64,000 bases of DNA from Bacillota bacterium (GTDB taxonomy: Bacteria; Bacillota; Clostridia; Christensenellales; Pumilibacteraceae), in NCBI GenBank assembly GCA_019113265.1, contig DXHT01000001.1, positions 1,375 to 65,374 of the forward strand, given 5' to 3'. The position numbers were made by a program, and so were the translations under genes. Positions 10,492-20,253 of this stretch are shown piece after piece (positions within the stretch are counted from its first letter, which is position 1; each line of letters begins with the position of its first letter). Under the pieces are notes generated by a model. That model was not told where the DNA came from. It saw only the letters and a program-made list of their open reading frames with translations, and did no database searches.

Positions 10492-10561
10492 GTTAGGTTA
10501 CTCACTATTTTAATTCTCGTTTAACATTTTCGGCTATACTGAAAACAGTTAGGTAACTCAC
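10492..10561. promoter_or_regulatory. two copies of a 14-nt box upstream of the MarR gene (candidate MarR operators)
   Basis: GTTAGGTTACTCAC (10492-10505) and GTTAGGTAACTCAC (10548-10561) match 13/14. The second contains the palindrome AGTTA-GG-TAACT. A TATACT -10-like hexamer (10535-10540) lies between them. Confidence 0.5.
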
Positions 10562-10568
10562 GGATTGA

Positions 10569-11018
10569 GTGCGGCGGTATACGGAAATGGATAAACAAAT
10601 TCTTTTGGAAGAGAGAAGACTGCACAATCTGATTTTCAGACGGTTGCAGCGAATGAGCGGCAGCAGGGGCGGGCGCGGTTACAGGTTGCAAGGGATGATA
10701 ATCGCGTATCTTTGCGAAAGGCCTGACGAGCGTATATGTCAGAAAGATCTCGAAGCGGAGTTTTTCGTTCGCGGGTCCACTATGGCGGAAGCGCTCAATC
10801 AGCTCGAAGCCGCGGGATACATCGAACGGCGTACGTCGGATGATGACAGGCGGCTTAAAATAGTGAGGCCGACGCTTAAAGCGACGGAGGCTTATGCGGG
10901 CATGGAAGATCATATCCGCACAATGGAAGAATCTCTTACGAGGGGAGTAGACCCGCGGGATCTTGCGGTTTACTTTGAAGTGGTGGATAAGATCTGCAAC
11001 AATTTGGAGGCTGAATAA
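10569..11018 (+). CDS. MarR family transcriptional regulator
   Basis: 149-aa ORF; the likely true start is the ATG at 10587 (MDKQIL...). Winged-helix pattern and the RRTSDDDRRLKIV wing typical of MarR. Directly coupled to the ABC exporter genes. Confidence 0.8.
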   Translation: MRRYTEMDKQILLEERRLHNLIFRRLQRMSGSRGGRGYRLQGMIIAYLCERPDERICQKDLEAEFFVRGSTMAEALNQLEAAGYIERRTSDDDRRLKIVRPTLKATEAYAGMEDHIRTMEESLTRGVDPRDLAVYFEVVDKICNNLEAE

Positions 11019-12898
11019 TGATAGGGAAACTGGCAAAGAGCGTCAGAGAATACAAATTGCCGAGCATACTTTCGGTGGTGTTCGTTGCGCTCGAAGTCGT
11101 GCTGGAAGTGTTCCTGCCGTTCATATGTTCCGACCTGCTCAACTTCATAGAGGGAGTAAACGGCGTCGGAGCGGACGGCATAGAAACGAGAGTGCATCGA
11201 TTTACGGTATTCGGAATAGACACGGGCGCGTCCGTGAGCGGCGCTCTCGATTCCGGAGCGATAGGCTATATTTTTGCGTATGCCGGTATACTTATCGTCA
11301 TGGCGGCGCTGTCGCTGACGTGCGGACTGCTGTCCGGCATGTTCTGCGCGCGTGCGAGCGCGGGTTTTGCGAAAAACCTGCGCAAGGATCTGTATTACAA
11401 GATACAGAACTTCTCCTTCGAGAACATAGACTCGTTCTCCACGTCCTCGCTCGTCACCCGTCTTACGACGGACGTCACCAACGTACAGAACGCGTACATG
11501 ATGATAATCAGGATAGCGGTGAGAAGCCCGCTCATGTTCATTGCCGCGCTCGTCATGGCATTCACGAAGAACTGGTTCCTCGCGCTTATATTCCTTGCCG
11601 CTGCGCTCGTGCTTCTCGGCGCGATGGCGCTTATTCCCAAGCGCGCTATGCCCATATTCAACCGCGTGTTCAAGAAGTACGATAAGATGAACCTGCGCAT
11701 ACAGGAAAACGTACACGCGGCGCGCGCCGTAAAGGCATTCGTGCGCGAGGATTACGAAATAAAGAAGTTCGACGATTCCGCGACGGACGTCCGCAAGGAC
11801 TTCACCAAGGCGGAGACGCTGCTCGCGCTGACCAACCCCATAGTGTACTTTATAATGTTCGTGCTCATTCTGACGACGTGTACGCTTTGCACGGTGTTCA
11901 TCGTGAACGGGCAGAACGACCCGACGTATCAGACGCTGGGCGGAAGACTCAATCTCGGCGATCTGTCCGCGCTCGTTCAGTACGCGATAATGATACTGAT
12001 GAGTATGATAATGCTCGTCATGGTGCTCGTCATGATCGTTATGGCGGCAGAGTCCGCCCGCCGTATCGTGACGGTGCTTGGGACGGAGAGTACTCTCGAA
12101 TCTCCCGAAAACGGTCTGACGGAAGTGGCGGACGGTTCGATAGAGTTCGATAACGTGGACTTCTCCTATGCGGGCGACGACGAAAAGTGCGCGCTTACGG
12201 GCGCGGACCTTAAAATAGCGTCGGGCGAAACGATAGGCGTTCTCGGCGGAACGGGTTCGGGCAAGACGACGCTCGTTCAGCTCATACCCCGTCTTTACGA
12301 CGTCACCGAAGGTTCGGTGAAAGTGGGCGGGCGCGACGTGCGCGAATACGACCTCGAATGTCTGCGTAAGAACATAGCTATGGTCTTGCAGAAAAACGTG
12401 CTGTTCTCGGGCACGATAAAGGAGAACATCCGCTGGGGCAAGCAGGACGCGACGGACGAAGAGATAGTCGCGGCGTGCAAGCTCGCGCAGGCGGACGAAT
12501 TCATTTCGCAGATGCCCGACGGATACGACACCTATATAGAGCAGGGCGGTACGAACGTTTCGGGCGGACAGCGGCAGAGACTGTGTATAGCGCGTGCGCT
12601 CATAGCCGATCCGAAGATAATAATATTCGACGACTCGACTAGCGCGGTGGACACCAAGACGGATGCGCTGATACGCAAAGCCATGGCGGAGTCGCTCCCT
12701 CACGCGACTAAGATAGTCATAGCTCAGCGCGTATCGAGCTTTGAGGACGCGGACAGAATAATAGTCATGGACGGCGGCAGGATCTCCGCGGTGGGAACGC
12801 ACGAAGAGCTTATGAAGTCGAGCGAGATATACCGCGAAGCGTACGAGATACAGACAAAGAAGTCGGACGACGGGGAGGGTGAACATGCCATCTCTTAA
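11018..12898 (+). CDS. ABC transporter permease/ATP-binding protein (exporter half-transporter)
   Basis: 626 aa. N-terminal 6-TM domain, Walker A GGTGSGKTT, signature VSGGQRQR, Walker B IIIFDD. Confidence 0.9.
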   Translation: MIGKLAKSVREYKLPSILSVVFVALEVVLEVFLPFICSDLLNFIEGVNGVGADGIETRVHRFTVFGIDTGASVSGALDSGAIGYIFAYAGILIVMAALSLTCGLLSGMFCARASAGFAKNLRKDLYYKIQNFSFENIDSFSTSSLVTRLTTDVTNVQNAYMMIIRIAVRSPLMFIAALVMAFTKNWFLALIFLAAALVLLGAMALIPKRAMPIFNRVFKKYDKMNLRIQENVHAARAVKAFVREDYEIKKFDDSATDVRKDFTKAETLLALTNPIVYFIMFVLILTTCTLCTVFIVNGQNDPTYQTLGGRLNLGDLSALVQYAIMILMSMIMLVMVLVMIVMAAESARRIVTVLGTESTLESPENGLTEVADGSIEFDNVDFSYAGDDEKCALTGADLKIASGETIGVLGGTGSGKTTLVQLIPRLYDVTEGSVKVGGRDVREYDLECLRKNIAMVLQKNVLFSGTIKENIRWGKQDATDEEIVAACKLAQADEFISQMPDGYDTYIEQGGTNVSGGQRQRLCIARALIADPKIIIFDDSTSAVDTKTDALIRKAMAESLPHATKIVIAQRVSSFEDADRIIVMDGGRISAVGTHEELMKSSEIYREAYEIQTKKSDDGEGEHAIS

Positions 12899-14906
12899 AA
12901 ACAATCAGACGGGAGTGATGCCCGAAGGTTTCGACGCGAGCGAAATAGAGGACGCGAAGACCCTCAAAAAGATGTTGCGCGAGCATAAGAAGAAGCAGCA
13001 GGCGGGTCCCCGCACAAAGGTGTTCCGCCGCATACTCGGGTACATTTTCAGATATTACAGGGCGCGTTTCATACTCGTCGTCATATCCATCATAATAGGT
13101 TCGATAGGAACGGCTATGATCCCCGTGATACTGACGCTGCTGACGAGCACCTATATCGAGCCGTCCACGCTGGGCGGCGACGGAGTTCTGCCGCTATGGA
13201 AGTTCCTCGTCATTGCCGCCGCGCTGTATATCGTCGCGGTATCGTTCTCGACGACGTATAACGTGCTCATGGCGCGGATAGGGCAGGGCGTGCTGTACCA
13301 TATAAGACGGGATATGTTCGTCAATATGCAGAAGCTTCCCATAAGCTATTTCGACAGACACCTTTCGGGCGATATAATGAGCGTATACACCAACGACGTG
13401 GACGCGTTGCGCCAATTCATAAGTCAGACGCTTCCTCAGCTGATAATAGCGGTGGTGACGCTTACCGCACTCATAATAATAATGCTTTATTACAGTCTGT
13501 GGCTGCTGCTTATAGTGCTTGCCGTCGTGGGCGTGATGATACTTGTCGTTACGAAAGTGGGAGGAGCGTCCTCGCGCTACTTCATTCTCCAACAGACCGC
13601 ACTCGGCAAAGTGGACGGATATATAGAGGAGTCCATGCACGGGCAGAAGGTCATTAAGGTGTTCTGCCACGAGGAAGAGGCGAAAAAGGAGTTCGACGAG
13701 AAGAACGACGCGCTCTGCCGCCATGCGACTTCCGCGAACACATACGCAAACGTGCTGATGCCCGTTTTGCAGAACATAGGCAACATCCTTTACGTCATAA
13801 TCGCGGTAGTCGGATCGCTCATGATAGTGCTCGGCGCGACCAACATAGGTCTTGGCTCGATAGGCACGACGGATCTCAGCAGCTATACCTACCTCATCGC
13901 CGTCGTCGTCGGATTCCTGTCCATAGCCAAATCGTTCACTCAGCAGATAGCGACCATATCCCAGCAGATAAACTTCGTCGCCATGGCAAAGGCGGGCGGT
14001 AACCGCATATTTGCGATAATGGACGAAAAGCCGGAAGAGGACAACGGTTACGTAGAACTCGTTTGGGCTAAGCGCACGGCGGACGGCGGCGTCGAACCCA
14101 GCGACACATACACCGGTCTTTGGGCTTGGAAACACCCGCATAAGGCGGAAGGCACGGTCACATACGTCGAACTCAAAGGCGACATAGAGATGCACGACGT
14201 CGACTTTGCGTACGTCCCCGGAAAGACCGTTCTTCACGACGTCACGCTATACGCCAAACCCGGTCAGAAAGTGGCGTTCGTTGGCGCGACGGGCGCGGGC
14301 AAGACGACGATAACCAACCTCATAAACAGGTTCTACGACATCGAGGACGGCAAGATCCGTTACGACGGCATAAACATTAACAAGATAAAGAAGCCCGATC
14401 TGCGCCGCTCCCTCGGAATAGTCCTTCAGGATACCAACCTGTTCACGGGAACGATAAAGGACAACATAAGATACGGTAAGCTGGACGCGACGGACGAGGA
14501 GATAGTCGCTGCGGCGAAACTCGCCAACGCGCACGACTTCATCATGCGCCTGCCCGACGGTTACGATACCGTTCTCGAATCGGACGGCGCGAACCTCTCT
14601 CAGGGTCAGCGTCAGCTCATATCCATAGCGCGTACGGCGTGCGAGAACGCACCCGTCATCATTCTCGACGAGGCGACGAGCTCCATAGACACGCGCACCG
14701 AACAGCTCGTGCAGGACGGCATGGATCAGCTGATGAACGGCAGAACGGTGTTCGTCATAGCTCACAGGCTGTCCACGGTACGCAATTCCAACGTGATAAT
14801 GGTGCTCGACCACGGCAGGATAATCGAGCGCGGCACGCACGAACAACTGCTCGAAATGAAGGGAACGTATTACAAACTGTATACGGGCGCATTCGAGCTC
14901 GAATAA
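12879..14906 (+). CDS. ABC transporter permease/ATP-binding protein (partner half-transporter)
   Basis: 675 aa. TM domain, Walker A GATGAGKTT, signature LSQGQRQL, Walker B VIILDEA. Overlaps the upstream ABC gene. Confidence 0.9.
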   Translation: MNMPSLKNNQTGVMPEGFDASEIEDAKTLKKMLREHKKKQQAGPRTKVFRRILGYIFRYYRARFILVVISIIIGSIGTAMIPVILTLLTSTYIEPSTLGGDGVLPLWKFLVIAAALYIVAVSFSTTYNVLMARIGQGVLYHIRRDMFVNMQKLPISYFDRHLSGDIMSVYTNDVDALRQFISQTLPQLIIAVVTLTALIIIMLYYSLWLLLIVLAVVGVMILVVTKVGGASSRYFILQQTALGKVDGYIEESMHGQKVIKVFCHEEEAKKEFDEKNDALCRHATSANTYANVLMPVLQNIGNILYVIIAVVGSLMIVLGATNIGLGSIGTTDLSSYTYLIAVVVGFLSIAKSFTQQIATISQQINFVAMAKAGGNRIFAIMDEKPEEDNGYVELVWAKRTADGGVEPSDTYTGLWAWKHPHKAEGTVTYVELKGDIEMHDVDFAYVPGKTVLHDVTLYAKPGQKVAFVGATGAGKTTITNLINRFYDIEDGKIRYDGININKIKKPDLRRSLGIVLQDTNLFTGTIKDNIRYGKLDATDEEIVAAAKLANAHDFIMRLPDGYDTVLESDGANLSQGQRQLISIARTACENAPVIILDEATSSIDTRTEQLVQDGMDQLMNGRTVFVIAHRLSTVRNSNVIMVLDHGRIIERGTHEQLLEMKGTYYKLYTGAFELE

Positions 14907-14921
14907 GCGGAATCGAAAAAT

Positions 14922-14964
14922 CCGCGCGTAAAAGTCACTTTTACGTGCGGAGTTTTGTTTTTTT
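14922..14964. terminator. intrinsic terminator, probably bidirectional
   Basis: Hairpin CCGCGCGTAAAAGT-CAC-TTTTACGTGCGG followed by AGTTTTGTTTTTTT. The reverse strand also has a T-run after the stem. Confidence 0.7.
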
Positions 14965-15148
14965 CGGGCGATCAAAGATCGTCCGCGTCCTGTTCGGGCT
15001 CGCCCCAGTGCGACACACCCGTATACGCCCCCGAAGGGTCGTTTTTCGAAACCTTGCGCTTTTTCTCTTTCATATTAGAAGTATGCGCGGCATAGCCGTA
15101 AGTTATGCCCGATACTAAACGCGGACGACCGCGCATAAACTCATATAT

Positions 15149-15403
15149 ATGAGTATGTTCGACGACATAAGGCGGTGCGCCGCCGCGGGAATGAGTTACG
15201 GGTACTGCGCCGTACTTTTCGGCGGAGGCGCGGCGTATATAGACGGGATAACGCGCGTTATGGAAATAGGCGGCGAAAGAGTGGTATTCGCGTCAGAAAA
15301 GCGCATAATAACTCTGAGCGGAGAAGATCTCACGGTTACTCGCTTAGGCGACGGCGATGCGATAGTGCGAGGCAAAATATACGCATTCGGGGAGGAGAAA
15401 TGA
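15149..15403 (+). CDS. yqfC: YabP/YqfC family sporulation protein
   Basis: 84 aa. YabP-like beta pattern (ITLSGEDLTVTRLGDGDAIVRGKIYAF). Position directly upstream of yqfD-phoH as in Bacillus/Clostridia. Confidence 0.7.
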   Translation: MSMFDDIRRCAAAGMSYGYCAVLFGGGAAYIDGITRVMEIGGERVVFASEKRIITLSGEDLTVTRLGDGDAIVRGKIYAFGEEK

Positions 15404-16470
15404 TAAGACTGCGTATAGGTTGCGACGCGGTAAAAGCAGTCCGCGCACTTCGGGAAGTAGAGCTCAGCGACATAAAAACGGGCGGGGAGTATACCGAAGT
15501 CGGCATAAAACGAAAAGATTTGCATAAAGCTATTGCAATTTGTGACCAAAGGTGTTATAATTACATAATTACAGACTCAGGTCATGCCCGATTGCGTCGA
15601 ACGCTTATCGTGAGACTGCCCCTTCTTATAGCGTCCGTACTTGCCGCCGCAATTCTGTTCGTCACGAACGCGTTCGTATGGCGGGTGGAGATAACGGGAG
15701 CGGACGGAGCCGCGGCGCAACTCGTTCGCGCGGTGCTCGAAAGGGAGGGCGCGCGACCGGGAGTGCTGAGATCCGCCGTAGACGAGAGGAGTGCGGAGCG
15801 CGCGCTCGTAGCACTGCGCGGAATTGCCGCCGCAAGTGTCAGGACGGAGGGAAGCGTTATCGTCGCCGAGGTCTTGCCCGCACCGTCGTACGGCGGGCTT
15901 GCCGAATATTCGGACAGGCTGCTGAGCGGGTACGACTGCGTTATAACCCGAGTCGTCGCGGACAGCGGCACGCCCGTAGTCAAAGAGGGCGACGTGGTAA
16001 AAAAAGGCGACGTTCTCGTCGAGGGCAAGCAGTACAATACGGCGGACGGCTCGGAAGCGGGTACGGTCGCCGTGAGAGGCAGGGCATACGGCATAGTGAC
16101 GTTCACGTTTTCCTCTCCCGTGACCGAAGACGGCGCGCCGCGTCGTACGGGCAGGAGCGAAACGCACACGTCCGTCGGCATATTCGGGCTTAAAGCGGGC
16201 GCATCCGAAAGCCCGTACGAATATTACGAAAGCTCAACGGAGCGCGCGCGGCTTTATCCTCTGCCCGTAGAAGTGGTGCGTACGACGTATTACGAACTTG
16301 ACAGGGCGGATTTCGGTGAAGAGGCGGAGCAGTTTGCCGCGGAAAAAGCGGACGAACTGCTACGGACGTACGGAGTGCCGTTTGAAATGCGGACGTCCGT
16401 AAAGGAGCGCGGCGGCGTCGAAGTAATGACGATGTACTTCACCGGAGAAATATGCGTGGGAGAGATATGA
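15400..16470 (+). CDS. yqfD: sporulation protein YqfD (stage IV)
   Basis: In-frame ATG at 15400 (ATGA overlap with the yqfC stop) chosen over the track start at 15175. One TM segment followed by VWRVEITGADG, typical of YqfD. Confidence 0.7.
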   Translation: MIRLRIGCDAVKAVRALREVELSDIKTGGEYTEVGIKRKDLHKAIAICDQRCYNYIITDSGHARLRRTLIVRLPLLIASVLAAAILFVTNAFVWRVEITGADGAAAQLVRAVLEREGARPGVLRSAVDERSAERALVALRGIAAASVRTEGSVIVAEVLPAPSYGGLAEYSDRLLSGYDCVITRVVADSGTPVVKEGDVVKKGDVLVEGKQYNTADGSEAGTVAVRGRAYGIVTFTFSSPVTEDGAPRRTGRSETHTSVGIFGLKAGASESPYEYYESSTERARLYPLPVEVVRTTYYELDRADFGEEAEQFAAEKADELLRTYGVPFEMRTSVKERGGVEVMTMYFTGEICVGEI

Positions 16471-17435
16471 ATCACGAAAGAGACATACGGCTTAGCGGAG
16501 AGATGTTCGCGCGTCTGTCCGGAGCGATGGACGCCAATCTTTCGCTTATGGAAAAGCGTTTCGGAGTGCGCATAACCGCGACGAGCGAGGGCGCGCGCAT
16601 AAGCGGTGCGAGCGAAGACGGCGTGGAGCGGTGTTACGAACTGCTTACCGCGCTTGCCGATCTTGCGCGGCAGGGTCAGCCCGTGGACAAAGTAACGGTG
16701 GAACGCTGTGCCGACATGGCTGAAAGCAGTGCGGACGCGGGCGAGATAGCGGAGCTGTTCAAGGAGCCCGTAGCCGTCACCGCACGCGGAAAGAGGATAT
16801 TCTGCAAGACGCTCAATCAGCGCGACTATTGCCGTGCGATAAGAAAGAACACGCTTACTTTCGGCATAGGTCCCGCGGGAACGGGAAAGACGTATCTTGC
16901 CGTTGCGCTCGCCGTATCCGCGTTCAGGCGCGGCGAGGCGGACAGGATAATACTCACGCGCCCCGCGATAGAGGCGGGCGAAAAACTCGGCTTTCTCCCC
17001 GGAGATCTGCAAATGAAAGTGGATCCCTATCTGCGCCCGTTGTACGATGCTCTCGAAGAGCTGTTCGGCGTGGAGAATTACGGGCATCTGATAGAGCGCG
17101 GGATAATAGAGATAGCTCCGCTCGCATATATGCGCGGCAGGACGCTTTCAAGGGCGTTCATAATACTCGACGAGGCGCAGAATACGACGGAAGAGCAGAT
17201 GAAGATGTTCCTCACCCGTATGGGCGAGGGGAGTAAAGTGGTGGTGACGGGCGACGTCACCCAGATAGACCTTCCGCAGGGAGGAAGAAGCGGGCTCAAA
17301 CAGGCGGCTACGCTGCTTTCGGGGATAGACGACATAGCGGTGTGTCGGTTGACGGATAAAGACGTCGTGCGGCACGCGCTCGTGCAGAAGATAATACGGG
17401 CTTACGAAAGAGGTAAGAATGAAGCAGAAGTATAA
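16452..17435 (+). CDS. phoH: PhoH family ATPase
   Basis: 327 aa. Walker A GPAGTGKTYLAVA, ILTRPAIEAGEKLGFLPGD and FIILDEAQN motifs. The start could be the ATG at 16467. Confidence 0.9.
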   Translation: MRGRDMNHERDIRLSGEMFARLSGAMDANLSLMEKRFGVRITATSEGARISGASEDGVERCYELLTALADLARQGQPVDKVTVERCADMAESSADAGEIAELFKEPVAVTARGKRIFCKTLNQRDYCRAIRKNTLTFGIGPAGTGKTYLAVALAVSAFRRGEADRIILTRPAIEAGEKLGFLPGDLQMKVDPYLRPLYDALEELFGVENYGHLIERGIIEIAPLAYMRGRTLSRAFIILDEAQNTTEEQMKMFLTRMGEGSKVVVTGDVTQIDLPQGGRSGLKQAATLLSGIDDIAVCRLTDKDVVRHALVQKIIRAYERGKNEAEV

Positions 17436-18894
17436 AACGCGCAAATACAGCGGAAAACAGCTGCTTTTCGCAGTGCTCGACACGGTGATATGCGCCGCGG
17501 TGGCGGTGTTCGCCGCGATGATAAAGTTCTATCTGACGGGCGACGCGATAGCGGTCAATTTCGCGCTATGCGTGATGTACGCGCTGCTGCTTGCGGCGGC
17601 GTTTTACGGCGGCCTGCTGATGTTCGTCATGATATCGCGGTCGTTCATCATAAAAAACAACAGGTACTACCGCGCGTTTCTGATCGCGACGACGTTCGCG
17701 TTCGTCGCGCATCTGTTCATAAGCATAGTGTCTCCGCTTCTCGTAGCTCCGGGACTGACGGCGGTCATAATAGTAAGGCTGTCGAGAAAGAAACAGGACG
17801 CGTTCGTCTTCAATCTCGTCGAAACGTGCATGACGTTCTGCGTACTCATTTACGAGTCGACTATGACGGACGGCGCGATGTATATGGCTGTCGGTAACGG
17901 CGCGGACGCCTCGCTGTACATCTGGCAACTGACTGTTATAACCGTTATAAGCGTATGCGCGGGCGCGTTCGTACCCGTTGCCATGCGTGACAAGACGGGC
18001 AGACTGCACAGCATGGTCGTCGGCTTGGAAACGACGGTGGCGGCAGTGTTGCTATACGTGCTCATGTCGCTGTCCTACTCGGACATATCGCTTGCGCTGT
18101 CCTATTCGTGGCTGGTAGCCGTTTCTGCGATATTCCCCGTGATCGTGGCGCAGTTCGCCGTACCCGTGCTCGAAAAGATCTTCGGGCTGGTGACGGACGA
18201 CAGACTGATAGAGCTGACGGACACCCGTCGTCCGCTTCTGAGGCGGCTCGCGTCCGAAGCTCCGGGAACGTATAACCACAGTCTTGCGGTGGCTAACTTT
18301 GCGGAGATGTGTGCGAACGCGATAGGCGAAGACCCGTATCTTGCGCGAGCGGCGGCGTATTATCACGACGTGGGCAAACTGTCCAACCCGTTCTATTTTG
18401 CCGAAAACCAGGCGGGGTATAACCCGCACGACGACATACTTCCCGAAGTCAGCGCGGAAATAGTGCGCAAGCATACCACTGAGGGCTACAAGCTGTGCCA
18501 TGAGTACGGCATTCCCGAAGAGGTGGCATGCGTTACGGTCCAGCACCACGGAACGCTGCCCATGGCGGTGTTTTACGAGCGCGCCAAGCGGCTGACGGAC
18601 GGCGAAGTGGACATACGCGATTACAGCTATCACGGAGTGTGTCCCACAAACAAGATCGCGGCGATAATCATGATATGCGACAGCAGCGAGGCTGCCATAC
18701 GCGCCATGGATCATCCCGACGGCGAGAGAGTGGACAGACTTCTTCGCGGCATAATAGCGGACAGGATAGCGCGCGGACAGTTCGACAACTGCTCCATATC
18801 GTTGAGGGATCTCGACCTGATAAGGCAGACGATAATAGGAGCGTACGGCGGGTTGTTCCATACCCGTATCAAATATCCCGGGGGAGAGAGATAA
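17419..18894 (+). CDS. pgpH: 7TM-HD membrane phosphohydrolase (YqfF/PgpH-like)
   Basis: 491 aa. Multi-TM N-terminal half. C-terminal HD domain (H...YHDVGK...HH). Conserved position between phoH and ybeY. Confidence 0.8.
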   Translation: MKQKYKTRKYSGKQLLFAVLDTVICAAVAVFAAMIKFYLTGDAIAVNFALCVMYALLLAAAFYGGLLMFVMISRSFIIKNNRYYRAFLIATTFAFVAHLFISIVSPLLVAPGLTAVIIVRLSRKKQDAFVFNLVETCMTFCVLIYESTMTDGAMYMAVGNGADASLYIWQLTVITVISVCAGAFVPVAMRDKTGRLHSMVVGLETTVAAVLLYVLMSLSYSDISLALSYSWLVAVSAIFPVIVAQFAVPVLEKIFGLVTDDRLIELTDTRRPLLRRLASEAPGTYNHSLAVANFAEMCANAIGEDPYLARAAAYYHDVGKLSNPFYFAENQAGYNPHDDILPEVSAEIVRKHTTEGYKLCHEYGIPEEVACVTVQHHGTLPMAVFYERAKRLTDGEVDIRDYSYHGVCPTNKIAAIIMICDSSEAAIRAMDHPDGERVDRLLRGIIADRIARGQFDNCSISLRDLDLIRQTIIGAYGGLFHTRIKYPGGER

Positions 18895-19352
18895 TGATAA
18901 AACTCATAGGCGATGCGACTGACGAAATGAGAGCGGCGGCGGACGAGGCTTTCCGCGCGCTTAATCTCGAAGGCGAGTGCGAAGTGGAGATAGAATACCT
19001 CGGCAAGGAGGATATGCGTGCTCTGAATCTGCGTACGCGCAAAGTGGACGCTCCGACGGATGTGCTCAGTTTTCCCGCGCTCGACGAAATAGGTCCGTTT
19101 ACATACGAGAACTATCCGTTTGAGTTCGACGATTACGAGGGTTGCGTGACGCTCGGCTCAATAGCCATATGCACGGAAAAAGCGGAGGAGCAGGCGAAAG
19201 AGTACGGACATTCTTTCGTACGTGAAATGACGTATCTTTTCGTTCACGGACTTCTCCACATTCTCGGTTACGATCACGAAAACGAGGACGACAAGCGCGT
19301 CATGCGCGCGGCGGAGGAAAAGATACTTTCCGCGATAGGTATAACCGAATGA
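18894..19352 (+). CDS. ybeY: rRNA maturation RNase YbeY
   Basis: ATG at 18894 (TAATG overlap with pgpH) preferred to the track start 18528. TDVLSFP and HGLLHILGYDH zinc motif. Confidence 0.9.
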   Translation: MIKLIGDATDEMRAAADEAFRALNLEGECEVEIEYLGKEDMRALNLRTRKVDAPTDVLSFPALDEIGPFTYENYPFEFDDYEGCVTLGSIAICTEKAEEQAKEYGHSFVREMTYLFVHGLLHILGYDHENEDDKRVMRAAEEKILSAIGITE

Positions 19353-20248
19353 GATCGGGATTCATTGCCATAATAGGAAAGCCGAATGCGGGTAAGAGCA
19401 GTCTTACCAACAGACTAACGGGCGAAAAAATATCCATAGTAACGCCAAAACCGCAGACCACGCGCGATGCGGTGAGGGCGATACTGACGACGAGCGAGTA
19501 TCAGATGATATTCGTGGACACCCCCGGTCTGCTCAAACCGCGCACGGAGCTTGGGAAATACATGAGCCGCGAGACGGACACGTCCTCGCGCGATGCGGAC
19601 GCACTCGTCATCGTGATAGACGGCAGCCGCCCTTTCGGCAGCCGCGATTACGAGATGATAGAGAGCAGACTGAAAAGCGCGGTTCCGGTGTACGTCGTCA
19701 TAAACAAAACGGATATAGCGGGTTACGAAAAGGTATATCCCATACTTTCCGCGCTCACTCCGCTGACGAAAGACGCGGACGGGCGGCATGCGGTAAAGGA
19801 CATAATACCCGTGTCCTGCGTAAGCGGCGACAATATAGACCTTCTGCGCGACAAGCTGGCAGGGGAGCTGAAAGACGAAGTGATGTACTACCCCGAAGGC
19901 GACGTCACGGACAAGCCCATGCGGTACGTCGTGGGCGAGATAATACGCGAAAAGGCATTATTGCTTCTGCGCGACGAAGTGCCGCACGGCGTGGGCATAA
20001 CCGTCGGCGCGTACGAGGATAAAAAGGACTCCGTATATATCGAGGCGGACGTTGTTTGCGAGCGCGAGGGGCATAAGCGCATAATAATAGGCGACGGCGG
20101 TTCTATGATAAAGCGCATAGGTCACGACGCGCGCCTCGGCATAATGGATCTGACGGGAAAGAACGTATACCTCAAACTCTTTGTGAAAGTGCGCGAGGAC
20201 TGGCGGAACAAGCGAAACTATATGCGCGACCTCGGATACGGGGACTAA
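19349..20248 (+). CDS. era: GTPase Era
   Basis: 299 aa. G1 GKPNAGKSS, G3 DTPG, G4 NKTD, C-terminal KH domain. Confidence 0.95.
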   Translation: MRSGFIAIIGKPNAGKSSLTNRLTGEKISIVTPKPQTTRDAVRAILTTSEYQMIFVDTPGLLKPRTELGKYMSRETDTSSRDADALVIVIDGSRPFGSRDYEMIESRLKSAVPVYVVINKTDIAGYEKVYPILSALTPLTKDADGRHAVKDIIPVSCVSGDNIDLLRDKLAGELKDEVMYYPEGDVTDKPMRYVVGEIIREKALLLLRDEVPHGVGITVGAYEDKKDSVYIEADVVCEREGHKRIIIGDGGSMIKRIGHDARLGIMDLTGKNVYLKLFVKVREDWRNKRNYMRDLGYGD

Positions 20249-20253
20249 ACTCT

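Noticed and set aside
15175-16470. Extended track starts for yqfD (15175), ybeY (18528), the kinase (24441), dgt (33671) and the zinc-ribbon protein (38824)
   Set aside because: The 5' extensions overlap the preceding genes or promoters in another frame and encode Arg-rich junk. Internal ATGs at 15400, 18894, 24588, 33752 and 39034 have SD or stop-start coupling and match the family N-termini.
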